A DNA stretch of 64,000 nt. It comes from Candidatus Binatia bacterium. Lineage in GTDB: Bacteria > Desulfobacterota > Binatia > DP-6. Positions 48,190 through 57,669 of this stretch are shown in pieces. The notes beneath the pieces were generated by a model. It was not told the DNA's origin and searched no databases. It worked only from the letters and a program-made list of their open reading frames with translations. Position numbers and translations under genes: made by a program. Each line of letters opens with the position of its first letter. The first letter of the stretch is position 1. The stretch spans positions 5,424 to 69,423 of the forward strand of contig JBGQET010000007.1 of assembly GCA_041496545.1 (NCBI GenBank). The letters run 5' to 3'.

Positions 48190-49074
48190 ATGAACCGCAT
48201 CCGATACACTATCGCGGCCATGGTCGGGTTCCTGGTGACCGCGCCCATGGCGACCGTCTACACGGCGGGTCCGCCGACGGTGAGCAATTTCTCTATCGCG
48301 GACGTCACCAACGGCGGTGTCCTGACGGAGGTGGACGGAAGCCACGGGGTGCCGGGCGACGTCGTGCGAGTCGGCTACGTGCAGCGGAACTTCAACGAGG
48401 GCGTCCCCGGCGCCGCGACCGACCCGTTTGCGTGGTGCGCCTGGAAGAACGGTGGGAACGAGATCACCCTCGGCTGGGCGACCGTCAACCAGTTCGGCGA
48501 CTTTGCGCTCCCGAATCTGTCGACACAGGTCTATCCGACCAACCCCACCGACGTGTGCGCCTCCGGCTTGATGACACAGATCATCACTCACTCGAATTTC
48601 GGCCCGTCCACGGTGCCCGTCCTGCACTGGCTGAACATTGGCAAGCCCGCGAACGGCATACGGACCGTTGCCGGCTCCATCCAGTACGCCACTCAGGTCG
48701 CGGCGATGGTCGCCGACGGCCCGAAGGACGTCGACGGCGGCGAGAACCACGCGGACCTGAGCACCGACGGCATCGGCGCCGGGCGGCAGGTGAGCTGGAA
48801 GGGGAACGGCGGCACGTTCCAGTCGCCGACCTGCAACGTGGTCGATGAAACGAACATCGGGTCTCCGACGCAGGAGTTCCCCTTCATCGTCGGCAAGCTC
48901 GTCGGCCACGCGCCCGGCGGCTCGGTGCTGGCGATCGCCAAGGGAACTCGACCGGCACTGCGGAATCCGCAGACGATCTACGTCAAGGTGAACATCAAGG
49001 GTCTCCCGGGATGCGGCGGGGGCGGGTTCGGCAGCGGCGCCGGCCTCCTCGGCAGCATCTTCAAGTTCCTCTAG
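48190..49074 (+). CDS. Secreted hypothetical protein
   Basis: It has a signal peptide and lower GC, and it ends Gly-rich (GCGGGGFGSGAGLLGSIFKFL). Confidence 0.6.
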   Translation: MNRIRYTIAAMVGFLVTAPMATVYTAGPPTVSNFSIADVTNGGVLTEVDGSHGVPGDVVRVGYVQRNFNEGVPGAATDPFAWCAWKNGGNEITLGWATVNQFGDFALPNLSTQVYPTNPTDVCASGLMTQIITHSNFGPSTVPVLHWLNIGKPANGIRTVAGSIQYATQVAAMVADGPKDVDGGENHADLSTDGIGAGRQVSWKGNGGTFQSPTCNVVDETNIGSPTQEFPFIVGKLVGHAPGGSVLAIAKGTRPALRNPQTIYVKVNIKGLPGCGGGGFGSGAGLLGSIFKFL

Positions 49075-49136
49075 CCGTCGCGCGGGAACCGGCGTCCATG
49101 TGGCCGCCGGTTCCCGCCCTACTGGAGAGCCATCCC

Positions 49137-50993
49137 ATGTATCCTCACTTCCCCGTGATTCAGCTACACGCGATCGGCACGCTGGTCCGCATCGAGTCCT
49201 ACCCGGCGGCCCACGTCATCGGGCTTCTGGTCCTCGTCGTGATGACGCTCCGCCTCTACGCACGCGACGTCCGCCCGACAGCCACGCTACTCGATCCGTT
49301 CCTCTTCGGCGTCCCGGCCGCGATGCTGGGTGCGAGCGTCCTGGGGTCGCTCACGGCGGGGACATGGCTCCCCGAGCACCTCTCGCTCGCCCCGTCGGTT
49401 CTGTGGACGGGCCACCGGTCCGCGTACGGCGGGTTGCTTGCGGGCGTGGCCGTGGCGGCGCTCGTCGCACGACTCCGACGGATCGACGTCTTGTGCTTCC
49501 TCGATGCGGGCGCGCCTGGCCTGGCCTTCGCGACCTGCTGCGCCCGCATCGGCTGCTTTCTCGGCGGCTGCTGCTACGGCCTTCCTACCGCGTCGGTGCT
49601 GGGCGTGCGCTTTCCCGACGGCCACCCGGGGATGGCAAAGCTCCTGCCCGGTGATCCACGCGGCCTCCATCCGACGCAGCTCTATCTGGCTGCCGCCGCG
49701 CTGGCGATCGGGCTCGTCCTGCTTGCGCTCCGTCGCCGGCAGTGGGGCCGACCCGGACATCGCTTCGCGCTCGGCGCCGCGCTCTACGCCGCTACGACGT
49801 TCGCCGTCGAGCTCCTGCGGGACGACCCGGGCCGCTGGTTCGCCCTCGGCCTCTCCCACACGCAGTGGATCAGCATCGCGATCGTGCTGGCGACGGCCGT
49901 GGTTCTCGGGCGCTCGCCGCGCTTCGCCCGCCGCCGGACGCCCGCGGTCGCCGTCGGTCTTCTGCTGGTCCTCGCCACGACTCCGGCGCGCGCCCAGAGC
50001 GCCGACGACGCGTTCAACGCCATCGCGGAAGGCCTCGTCACCCGTAACCCGACCGCTTCCGTCCTCGTCGCCCAGCTCCTCGAGCTGGGCGGCGGCGGCC
50101 CGCTCACCACTTGGGCGCGGATCGCCAAAGGCGCCGACGGGCTGCTCCAGGGCGACCTCGGGGGCGCGATCGCGCAATGGCAAGCGGCGGCCGCCGCGGA
50201 CCCCGGCACGGCGTGGAGCGCCCAGGCCGACCTCGCGCTCGGCCTGGGGTACATGATGGCCGGCGCCCGCGGCGGGGCCGCGGATGCGCTGGCGGCCGCC
50301 GCCGAGCACGGCGAAGGTGACACGGTCGCGTACGCGGAGGTGTCACTCGGCCGGCTGCAAGCCGTGGCGGGGGACTACGCCGGCGCCGAGCGAAGCTTCC
50401 GACGCGTGTTCGAGGACTACTCCGCCGTCGGAGTTGCCGACGACGCCGCCCTCGGCCTCGCCAAGAGCCTCGTCGCCCAGGACCGACGCGCGGAGGCGCG
50501 CGAGGTGCTCGCCGTTGCGCACGGGCGCTACTGGCATCGCGGGGCGTACATGGTCGCGCGGCGCAACCGGCCGCTTCCGTTCGACCAGGTGGGCAGCCTC
50601 ACGCCCGCGCAGCTCGGGGAGGCGCTCAGGGCGCGCGCCGCCGGCGCGGCCACCCGCGGCGTCTTGCCGATCTACGCCGTGCTCGCGGCGCTGACCGATC
50701 ACTACTCCGGCCCGGACCTCGAGCGGCTCCGTCACCAGATCGCCCGCGCGCCCGGGGCGACGTCCGACCGACCGGCGGCGGCTGCCGTGGTCCAGGCTCG
50801 AGCGGTCGAGCCGGGCGCCGCATCGCAAGCGAGCTCACGCGGGCACTCCACGCCGCGACCACTCGCAGCCGGTCACCGGCAAGGGTTCGGCCGCGTGGCG
50901 GTCGCGTTGCTCGCCCTCGTCGCCACGACCGTAGCGTGGCTGCGCCGGGCCCGCCGGGGTGGACAACCGGGGCGCGGCGCGGTCTACCGATAA
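49137..50993 (+). CDS. Prolipoprotein diacylglyceryl transferase (Lgt)-like membrane domain fused to a C-terminal TPR-like domain
   Basis: Lgt signatures are present (ARIGCFLGGCCYG, HPTQLY). An Ala-rich TPR-like tail ends in a transmembrane segment. Confidence 0.7.
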   Translation: MYPHFPVIQLHAIGTLVRIESYPAAHVIGLLVLVVMTLRLYARDVRPTATLLDPFLFGVPAAMLGASVLGSLTAGTWLPEHLSLAPSVLWTGHRSAYGGLLAGVAVAALVARLRRIDVLCFLDAGAPGLAFATCCARIGCFLGGCCYGLPTASVLGVRFPDGHPGMAKLLPGDPRGLHPTQLYLAAAALAIGLVLLALRRRQWGRPGHRFALGAALYAATTFAVELLRDDPGRWFALGLSHTQWISIAIVLATAVVLGRSPRFARRRTPAVAVGLLLVLATTPARAQSADDAFNAIAEGLVTRNPTASVLVAQLLELGGGGPLTTWARIAKGADGLLQGDLGGAIAQWQAAAAADPGTAWSAQADLALGLGYMMAGARGGAADALAAAAEHGEGDTVAYAEVSLGRLQAVAGDYAGAERSFRRVFEDYSAVGVADDAALGLAKSLVAQDRRAEAREVLAVAHGRYWHRGAYMVARRNRPLPFDQVGSLTPAQLGEALRARAAGAATRGVLPIYAVLAALTDHYSGPDLERLRHQIARAPGATSDRPAAAAVVQARAVEPGAASQASSRGHSTPRPLAAGHRQGFGRVAVALLALVATTVAWLRRARRGGQPGRGAVYR

Positions 50994-51035
50994 AAATTGC
51001 TCGGCGCGCCGAGGATCGCTAGGCACCGGTACCTC

Positions 51036-52589
51036 ATGCGGATCCTGCTCATCGCTCCCCGCAATCCCGAGTCCTTCTGGACCTGGGACCGCATCCTGCC
51101 GACGATCGGCACGCGGTGCTTCTTCCCCAACCTCTCGCTGCCGACGGTGGCCGCGCTCACGCCGCCCGAGCACGAGGTCGTCTGCTGCGACGAGAACGTC
51201 GAGCCGATCGACTTCGACGCCGAAGCCGACATCGTGGGCGTGACCGGCTACGTCGTGCACCTGCGGCGCGTCCTGGAGATCGTGGACGAGCTCAAGCGCC
51301 GCGGGCGCTTCGTCGTCGTCGGCGGCCCGGTCGCCTCGCTCTGCCCGGAGCGCTTTCGCGACCGCGCCGACGTCGTGTTCATCGACGAAGCCGAGGAGAC
51401 CTGGCCGCGCTTCCTCCGCGACCGGGCCGAGGGCCGGTGGCAGCACGAGTACCGCATGGAGGAGAAGCCGAGCCTGGAGAACGCGCCGCTCCCGCGCTTC
51501 GACCTGCTCAAGCTCGACCGCTACCGGACGATGACCGTACAGTTCGCGCGCGGCTGTCCCTACAGTTGCGAGTTCTGCGACATCATCGCGATGTACGGGC
51601 GGCGGCCGCGCAGCAAGACGGTCGAGCAGTTGATGCGGGAGGTCGCCGAGCTGGCGCGCCTCGGGGTGCGCAACGTCTTCATCGTCGACGACAACTTCAT
51701 CGGGGACAAGAAGAAGGCCAAGGCGCTGCTCCGCACGCTCGCCGCCTGGCAAGCGGAGCACGGCTACCCGCTCGAGTTCTTCACGGAGCTCTCGCTCAAC
51801 GTGGCGCAGGACGCCGAGCTGCTCGAGCTGCTCCGGGCGGCGCGCTTCACGACCGTCTTCATCGGCATCGAGTCACCGCGCGCGGCAAGCCTCCAGGAGA
51901 CGAAGAAGACGCAGAACCTCCGCGAGGACATGGTGGCGGCCGTGCACCGCGTGCAGGAGGCCGGCATCGAGGTGATGGCCGGCATGATCGTCGGCTTCGA
52001 CCACGACGACGCGGAGATCTTCGACGAGCACCTCCGCTTCATCGAGGAAGCCCGCCTCCCGGTGGCGATGACCGTCATGCTGAACGCCATGCCGCGGACG
52101 CCCCTCTACGAACGGGTGAAGCGCGAGGGCCGCCTGCTCGCCGAGTCGGTGGGCGACTGCTTCACGCTCACGAACATCGTGCCGCAGAGGATGTCGCTGC
52201 TCGCGCTGTACGAGGGCTACCAGCGCCTCCTGCGCACGCTCTACGACTACGACACGTATCGGCGCCGCGCGATGGCGCTCGTCCTCGCCAAGGGGCGCGA
52301 CGTCCGCACGCGGTCGCTCGCGGGCTGGCGCGACCTCCCGCTCTTCTTCCGCCTCCTCTGGACGTGCGTGCTCGGCGCCTCGCGCGACTACCGGCGCATG
52401 ACGCTCGCCATGATGGGCGAGACCGCCCGGCGCCGTCCCGAGCATCTCCGTCTCGCGGCCGCGCTCGCCCTCAAACACAAGCACCTGCACGGCTACGTGC
52501 AAGACGTCTCGGCGCAGCTCGACGGCGCCATCGCGGAGCTGCGTCGGGCGTCCGAAGGGGCGGGGGCACTGCGGCAGGCCGTGTCCTGA
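51036..52589 (+). CDS. B12-binding domain radical SAM protein (class B rSAM, DUF4070-type C-terminus)
   Basis: It has an N-terminal cobalamin-binding domain and the CPYSCEFCD rSAM cluster motif. Confidence 0.85.
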   Translation: MRILLIAPRNPESFWTWDRILPTIGTRCFFPNLSLPTVAALTPPEHEVVCCDENVEPIDFDAEADIVGVTGYVVHLRRVLEIVDELKRRGRFVVVGGPVASLCPERFRDRADVVFIDEAEETWPRFLRDRAEGRWQHEYRMEEKPSLENAPLPRFDLLKLDRYRTMTVQFARGCPYSCEFCDIIAMYGRRPRSKTVEQLMREVAELARLGVRNVFIVDDNFIGDKKKAKALLRTLAAWQAEHGYPLEFFTELSLNVAQDAELLELLRAARFTTVFIGIESPRAASLQETKKTQNLREDMVAAVHRVQEAGIEVMAGMIVGFDHDDAEIFDEHLRFIEEARLPVAMTVMLNAMPRTPLYERVKREGRLLAESVGDCFTLTNIVPQRMSLLALYEGYQRLLRTLYDYDTYRRRAMALVLAKGRDVRTRSLAGWRDLPLFFRLLWTCVLGASRDYRRMTLAMMGETARRRPEHLRLAAALALKHKHLHGYVQDVSAQLDGAIAELRRASEGAGALRQAVS

Positions 52590-52640
52590 AGGGCTGGACG
52601 TCCCGGGCCGCCCCGGTCTAGAGAAGGAGCCGAGGCGGCC

Positions 52641-53825
52641 ATGCGACGCATCGTGATCGGGCTCGTGCTCGCCTGTTTGGCGGCGCCCGCCATCGCCCAC
52701 GAGCGGGTCGTGCACCTGAAGGTCGGCCCGTTCTGGGTCCCCGCCAAGCGCGACCGCGAGGTGTGCGAGGCGCTGCGCATCCCGCGCGTGGCCGGGATGG
52801 ACGTCGTCAGCTTCGAAGCCCGCTCGCGCACCGGCAACGGCGTCGGCTCGCACCACTTCGTCGCCTACGCCTACCGGGGCGCGAACAGCGCCGCCTTCCC
52901 GAAGGGCATCGTCGACGACCCGGGCTGCAACGGCTTCGGACCCTCCGACTTCTTCACCACCCGCGGCTTCATCGCCGGCTCGGGCGGCGAGTACCAGCGC
53001 GGGCGCTGGCTCATCACGCGCGGCGGCTTCCCGGACGGGCTCGCGCTGCGCATGTCCGGCCCCGCCGACGCGCCGCGCGACACCTACGTCGTCCTCAACT
53101 CGCACTACTTCAACGACAACCCGACCCGGCCGGGCCGCGCGCTCGTGCGTCTCACGCTGCGTCTCGCGCCCGCCGACCCGCGAAAGCGCGTGCTCCGCAT
53201 GCTGACCGAGGTGACCGCCAGCCGCGACATCTTCGTCCCCCCGGGCGGGACGGCGACCGTCGAGGCGACCTGGCAGGCCGACGGGCGGCCGAACCCGGGC
53301 ACCGAGGGCGCCGCCAACCCGGCCCGCGACGTCTGCCTTCTCTACCTCGGCGCCCACATGCACAAGCGCGGCCGGCGCTTCCTCCTCACCTACGAGGAGG
53401 ACGGCAAGCCGCCCCAGGAGATCCTCGACGTGCGCGACTATCTCCATCCCGGCATCGCGTACTTCGGCCGCGGCCGCTTGCTGCACGCGTACACGGCGGA
53501 GAACGGGCACCCGCGGTTCCGCTACGCTTGCACGCACGAGAACGGCGCCGAGGGCGTGCCCCTCAAGCTCGGCTGCGAAGCGACGCCCGGCGTCGTTCCC
53601 GGGCTCAAGTGGACGGACGCCGAGGCGCGCGGCATCTCGCCGCTCGACGCCCACGCGCGCCCGTGCGGCGCGGGCGGCGTGAACTGCGCCGGCGAGCCCT
53701 GCGTCGCGGCCAACCTCGTCTTCGGCCCGCTCTCCGACGACGACATGTGCGTGCTGCCCGGCGCACTCTACGACCCGCTGCCCGGCGTGCCGCCCGAGCA
53801 AGCGTGCAACCCCTTCGGCTTCTGA
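52641..53825 (+). CDS. Secreted copper type II ascorbate-dependent monooxygenase homologue (PHM/DBH-like) with all ligand positions intact
   Basis: It has a signal peptide. The copper-ligand motifs align with PHM (see the corresponding finding). Confidence 0.75.
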   Translation: MRRIVIGLVLACLAAPAIAHERVVHLKVGPFWVPAKRDREVCEALRIPRVAGMDVVSFEARSRTGNGVGSHHFVAYAYRGANSAAFPKGIVDDPGCNGFGPSDFFTTRGFIAGSGGEYQRGRWLITRGGFPDGLALRMSGPADAPRDTYVVLNSHYFNDNPTRPGRALVRLTLRLAPADPRKRVLRMLTEVTASRDIFVPPGGTATVEATWQADGRPNPGTEGAANPARDVCLLYLGAHMHKRGRRFLLTYEEDGKPPQEILDVRDYLHPGIAYFGRGRLLHAYTAENGHPRFRYACTHENGAEGVPLKLGCEATPGVVPGLKWTDAEARGISPLDAHARPCGAGGVNCAGEPCVAANLVFGPLSDDDMCVLPGALYDPLPGVPPEQACNPFGF

Positions 53826-53839
53826 CGAGGAGCGCGACC

Positions 53840-54364
53840 ATGCAGCGCCGGATCCGTCTCGCCTGTCTCTCGGCCGTCGCCCTGCCGGCGCTCGCCTTCG
53901 CCGGCGGCTTCAACAAGACGTACCTCGTGCCCGCGTTCCTCGGCTGCGCCGGGCCCGCCACCTGCGCACCGCAGCGCGAGTCGCTCTACCGCTTCGACTC
54001 CGCCGTCCTGCGCAACTCCGCGTCGCGCTTCCTCGTCCCGGGCAAGGTTGCCTTCATGTTCGAGATCAAGGGCGTGCGTGACGGGGGCGGAAACCTCGTC
54101 ACCACCAACACGGCCGACCGCAGTGACGACTTCAAGCTCGTCTCGATCCCGGGCCAGATCACGATCACGGGCCTCGGCACGTTCCCCGCCGACGCCATTC
54201 CCGAGGTCGTCCTGCCGCTCGACCTGAAGAACGGCGCCGGCAAGCTCTCGTTCAAGACCCCCGAGGCGACGCCGCCCGGCCTCGTCTCCGACGGCGGCGG
54301 CATCGTCGTCCTCGACAACCAGGGCAAGCGGCTGGCGGTCGTCGGCGCGATGTCGAAGCCGTAG
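53840..54364 (+). CDS. Secreted hypothetical protein
   Basis: It has a signal peptide (LACLSAVALPALAFAG) and lies 15 nt downstream of the monooxygenase-like gene. Confidence 0.6.
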   Translation: MQRRIRLACLSAVALPALAFAGGFNKTYLVPAFLGCAGPATCAPQRESLYRFDSAVLRNSASRFLVPGKVAFMFEIKGVRDGGGNLVTTNTADRSDDFKLVSIPGQITITGLGTFPADAIPEVVLPLDLKNGAGKLSFKTPEATPPGLVSDGGGIVVLDNQGKRLAVVGAMSKP

Positions 54365-54374
54365 CGGTCGGCCG

Positions 54375-55868
54375 CTACTCGGCGAACGCGCCCCCGGAGC
54401 GGCCGGCGACGCCGCTCGCCTTCAGCTCGCGGGCGAGCGTCTCGGCGAGCGTGCTGTGGTACCGGCCGTAGGAGAAGTAGAGGACGAGCCCGACCGCGAG
54501 CCAGACGAGCAAGCGGAGCCAGTTCTCGGGGCCGAGGTAGCACATCAAGCCGAAGTTGCTCAGGATGCCCAGGATGGGGACGAGCGGGACGAGCGGCGTG
54601 CGGAAGGGTCGGGGCAGCTCGGGGTGCGTGCGTCGCATCACCAGGACCGCGAAGCACACGATGACGAACGCCATCAGCGTGCCGATGTTTACCAGCTGGG
54701 CGAGGATCGTGAGCGGGAAGAGCGCGGCGACGGTGGCCACCAGGACCCCGGTGAGCGCGGTCGCCTTGTGCGGCGTCCGGAAGCGCTCGTGGACGGCGGC
54801 GAAGAAGCTGCGCGGGATGAGGCCGTCGCGCGCCATGGCGAGCAGGATGCGGGCCTGGCTCAGCAGCAGCACGAGGAGCACGCTGGTGAGGCCGATCACC
54901 GCGCCGGCCGAGATCAGGTACTTGGCGACGTTCAAGCCGCGATCGCCGAAGGCGTGCGCCACCGGCGCGTCGAGGTTGATCTGGTGGTACGGCACCATGC
55001 CGGTCAGCACCGCGGCGACGAGGATGTAGAGGACCGTGCAGAGCCCCAGCGAGGCGAGGATGCCGATCGGCACGTCGCGCTGCGGGTTGCGTGCCTCCTC
55101 GGCGTGGGTGGAGACCGAGTCGAAGCCGATGTAGGCGAAGAAGATGTACGCTGCACCCTTGAAGACGCCCGAGTAGCCGTAGGGCAGGAACGGGTGCCAG
55201 TTCTCCGGCCGGATGTAGCGCCAGCCGACGAAGATCACGAACAGCACGACGACGAGCTTCAAGACCACCATGGCGGCGTTGAAGGTCGCGCTCTCGCGGA
55301 TGCCGACGACGAGGATCACCGACACCGCGAGCACGACGAGCGCCGCCGGCAGGTTGCAGTAGGCGCCGGTCACCTCGAGGGCGTGGGTCGCGGGGTTGAA
55401 GTCGATCGGGTTCCCGATCCAGCGCGCGGGAAGCTGGATCCCGAAGAGCTCGAGGAGCGCGATCAGGTAGTGCGACCAGCCGTGCGCCACCGCGCTCGAC
55501 GCGACGGCGTACTCGAGGATCAGGTCCCAGCCGATGATCCAGGCGAACAGCTCGCCGAGCGTCGCGTAGGCGTAGGTGTAGGCACTGCCGGCGACGGGAA
55601 CCATCGACGCGAACTCGGCGTAGCAGAGCCCCGCGAACGCGCAGGCGCTGCCCGCGACGATGAACGACAGCACGAGCCCCGGCCCGGCGTACTGGTTGGC
55701 GGCGAGCCCGGTCAGCACGAAGATGCCGGCGCCGATGATGGCGCCGACGCCGAGGGCCGTCAGCGTGATCGGGCCGAGGACGCGCCGCAGCCGGTGCTCG
55801 CCGGCGAGCTCCGCCAGCAGGACCTCCACCGGCTTGACCGCGAAGAGCCCACTCGGCGCCGCCATCAC
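54375..55868 (-). CDS. APC-family amino acid permease (cationic amino acid transporter type)
   Basis: It has 12–14 transmembrane helices and an APC signature region. Confidence 0.85.
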   Translation of the reverse strand: MMAAPSGLFAVKPVEVLLAELAGEHRLRRVLGPITLTALGVGAIIGAGIFVLTGLAANQYAGPGLVLSFIVAGSACAFAGLCYAEFASMVPVAGSAYTYAYATLGELFAWIIGWDLILEYAVASSAVAHGWSHYLIALLELFGIQLPARWIGNPIDFNPATHALEVTGAYCNLPAALVVLAVSVILVVGIRESATFNAAMVVLKLVVVLFVIFVGWRYIRPENWHPFLPYGYSGVFKGAAYIFFAYIGFDSVSTHAEEARNPQRDVPIGILASLGLCTVLYILVAAVLTGMVPYHQINLDAPVAHAFGDRGLNVAKYLISAGAVIGLTSVLLVLLLSQARILLAMARDGLIPRSFFAAVHERFRTPHKATALTGVLVATVAALFPLTILAQLVNIGTLMAFVIVCFAVLVMRRTHPELPRPFRTPLVPLVPILGILSNFGLMCYLGPENWLRLLVWLAVGLVLYFSYGRYHSTLAETLARELKASGVAGRSGGAFAE

Positions 55869-55932
55869 CCACCTCCCCGCGTCATGCGCCGCGCCTAACA
55901 GGTTTGCCGCGGGCCCGCAACGCGCCCGGCGC

Positions 55933-57228
55933 CTACTGCGCCTCCAGCTCGGCTAGCCGGGCGCTCAGCGCGGCGAGCAGCGCGGCGTGGCCCGGGTCGA
56001 AGGCGAGGTTGACCAGCTCGTAGGGGTCGCCTTGCAGGTCGTACAGCTCGTCGGCGATGCCGAAGGTCGTCTCGGTGTGGATGTACTTCCAGCGATCGGT
56101 GCGCACGGCGGAGGACGGCAGGATCAGGAAGGTGACGAAGTTCTCGAACAGGAGATCCGTCCGCCAGCCGGCGGCGCTTCCGTCGAGGAGCGGCACGAGG
56201 CTCGCTCCGTCGACCGGCCCGGGCACCGTCGCGCCGGCGACGGCGGCGATCGTCGGCGCGAGGTCGATGTTGGCGACCAGCTCGTCGGCCCGCCGGCCGA
56301 GGGGCACGAGCGCGGGGTAGCGGATCGCGAACGGAACGCGGATCGCCTCCTCGTAGAGCGTCTCCTTGAACGTCCACCAGTGCTCGAGGAGGTGGAGGCC
56401 GTTGTCGGAGAGGAAGATCACCATGGTGTCGTCGGCGAGGCCGAGCTGCTCGAGCCGGGCGAGCAAGGCGGCGACCGCTTCGTCGACGGCGAGCAGCGAC
56501 TCCAGCATGCCGATCCGGAGCTGGTCCGTCTGAACGCTCCGGTCCGCTTGCGTGATCGCCTTCTGGAACTGCACCCAGACGGGCTTGAGGGACACGTCGG
56601 GCTCTTCCCAGTTGGGCGGCCGCCAGGGCGGCACGCCGGCGAAGCGGCCGACGTGGCGGGGCGCCGGGATCGCCGGGTCGTGGGGGGCGAAGGGGGCGAA
56701 GAGGGCGAAGAACGGTCGCCGGGCGTTCTGCTCGATGAAGGCGAGCGTGCGGTCGCGCATCACGTCCGTCGAGTAGTCTTCCTCCTGGTGTCCGTGCTTG
56801 ACGGCGACGCCGTTCTCGCTGACCGTGTAGTCGAAGTAGAGCGGCCCGTCCTGGACGAACGCCTGCCAGGCGTCCCAGCCGGGGGGCACGCCGGGGGCGA
56901 TGAGGTAGTACGCGTTCATGTACTTCCCGAAGAGCCCAGTCTGATAGCCCGCGGCGTGGAGCCAGACGGGGAGCGCGAAGGTCGGATCGAACAGCGGCGC
57001 GCCGCCGCGAGGCGGCGCGTTGGTGAGCACGCCGTGGTTGTGCGCGTAGCGCCCCGTCAAGATGCTGGCGCGGCTCGGACAGCAGAGGGAGGTGGTGACG
57101 AAGCCGTTCTGGAACTCCACGCCTCGCTTCACGATCTCGTGCTGCACGACCGGCATCACGTCCACCTGGTCCCAGCGCTGATCGTCACCGGGACGCCCCG
57201 CGAATCCCGTGCGGGCGGGACGGCGCAA
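55933..57228 (-). CDS. Sulfatase (formylglycine-dependent); the N-terminus is anomalous
   Basis: It has the CCPSRASILTGRY CxPxR motif. There is no signal peptide, and the start overlaps the 3' end of the upstream gene. Confidence 0.75.
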   Translation of the reverse strand: MRRPARTGFAGRPGDDQRWDQVDVMPVVQHEIVKRGVEFQNGFVTTSLCCPSRASILTGRYAHNHGVLTNAPPRGGAPLFDPTFALPVWLHAAGYQTGLFGKYMNAYYLIAPGVPPGWDAWQAFVQDGPLYFDYTVSENGVAVKHGHQEEDYSTDVMRDRTLAFIEQNARRPFFALFAPFAPHDPAIPAPRHVGRFAGVPPWRPPNWEEPDVSLKPVWVQFQKAITQADRSVQTDQLRIGMLESLLAVDEAVAALLARLEQLGLADDTMVIFLSDNGLHLLEHWWTFKETLYEEAIRVPFAIRYPALVPLGRRADELVANIDLAPTIAAVAGATVPGPVDGASLVPLLDGSAAGWRTDLLFENFVTFLILPSSAVRTDRWKYIHTETTFGIADELYDLQGDPYELVNLAFDPGHAALLAALSARLAELEAQ

Positions 57229-57632
57229 CGCGAGAGGACGCGATCGAAGGCCCCCGCCGACCGGAGCTGCTGTCGCTCCCCGGCCCGACGCTCCGCGACG
57301 CGGTCGGTGAGGAAGCGGCCGGCCGACCGGAAGACCGCGCGCTGGCAGCGCACCTGTTCGCCCACCGAGGTGGCGTCGAGCGGGGGAAGCGCCGGCGACC
57401 CGGAGAACAGCTCGACCATGCTCGCGACCGCCGTGCCCGCGCAGGGGGGCGGAGGAGGCGAGGAGCAGCGCGGGCCGGAGCCGGCGACGAATCGCCGGGA
57501 CGCGCAGCCCAGTGCCGCGCGCGCCGCCCGCCGCACGATCTCGACCTCGGACTGCGTGGTGCAGCGGGCGCGCGCCGCGCCCGGCAGCGTCGCCGCCAGC
57601 GAGAGGGCGAGGAGGAAGCGGCCCGCCGTCAT
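57156..57632 (-). CDS. Small secreted Cys-containing hypothetical protein
   Basis: It has a signal peptide (RFLLALSLAATLPGAARA). Its stop shares 1 nt with the internal Met codon of the sulfatase. Confidence 0.45.
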   Translation of the reverse strand: MTAGRFLLALSLAATLPGAARARCTTQSEVEIVRRAARAALGCASRRFVAGSGPRCSSPPPPPCAGTAVASMVELFSGSPALPPLDATSVGEQVRCQRAVFRSAGRFLTDRVAERRAGERQQLRSAGAFDRVLSRCAVPPARDSRGVPVTISAGTRWT

Positions 57633-57669
57633 CCTTGCCCGTGACCCTACGACCGGGCGCGCGCCGCGG

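Noticed and set aside
47955-48190. An imperfect palindrome around ggtacc (agggtctgggtacctagaaccct) in the intergenic region
   Set aside because: It is short and imperfect, with no flanking U-tract or recognisable operator context. It is probably coincidental.
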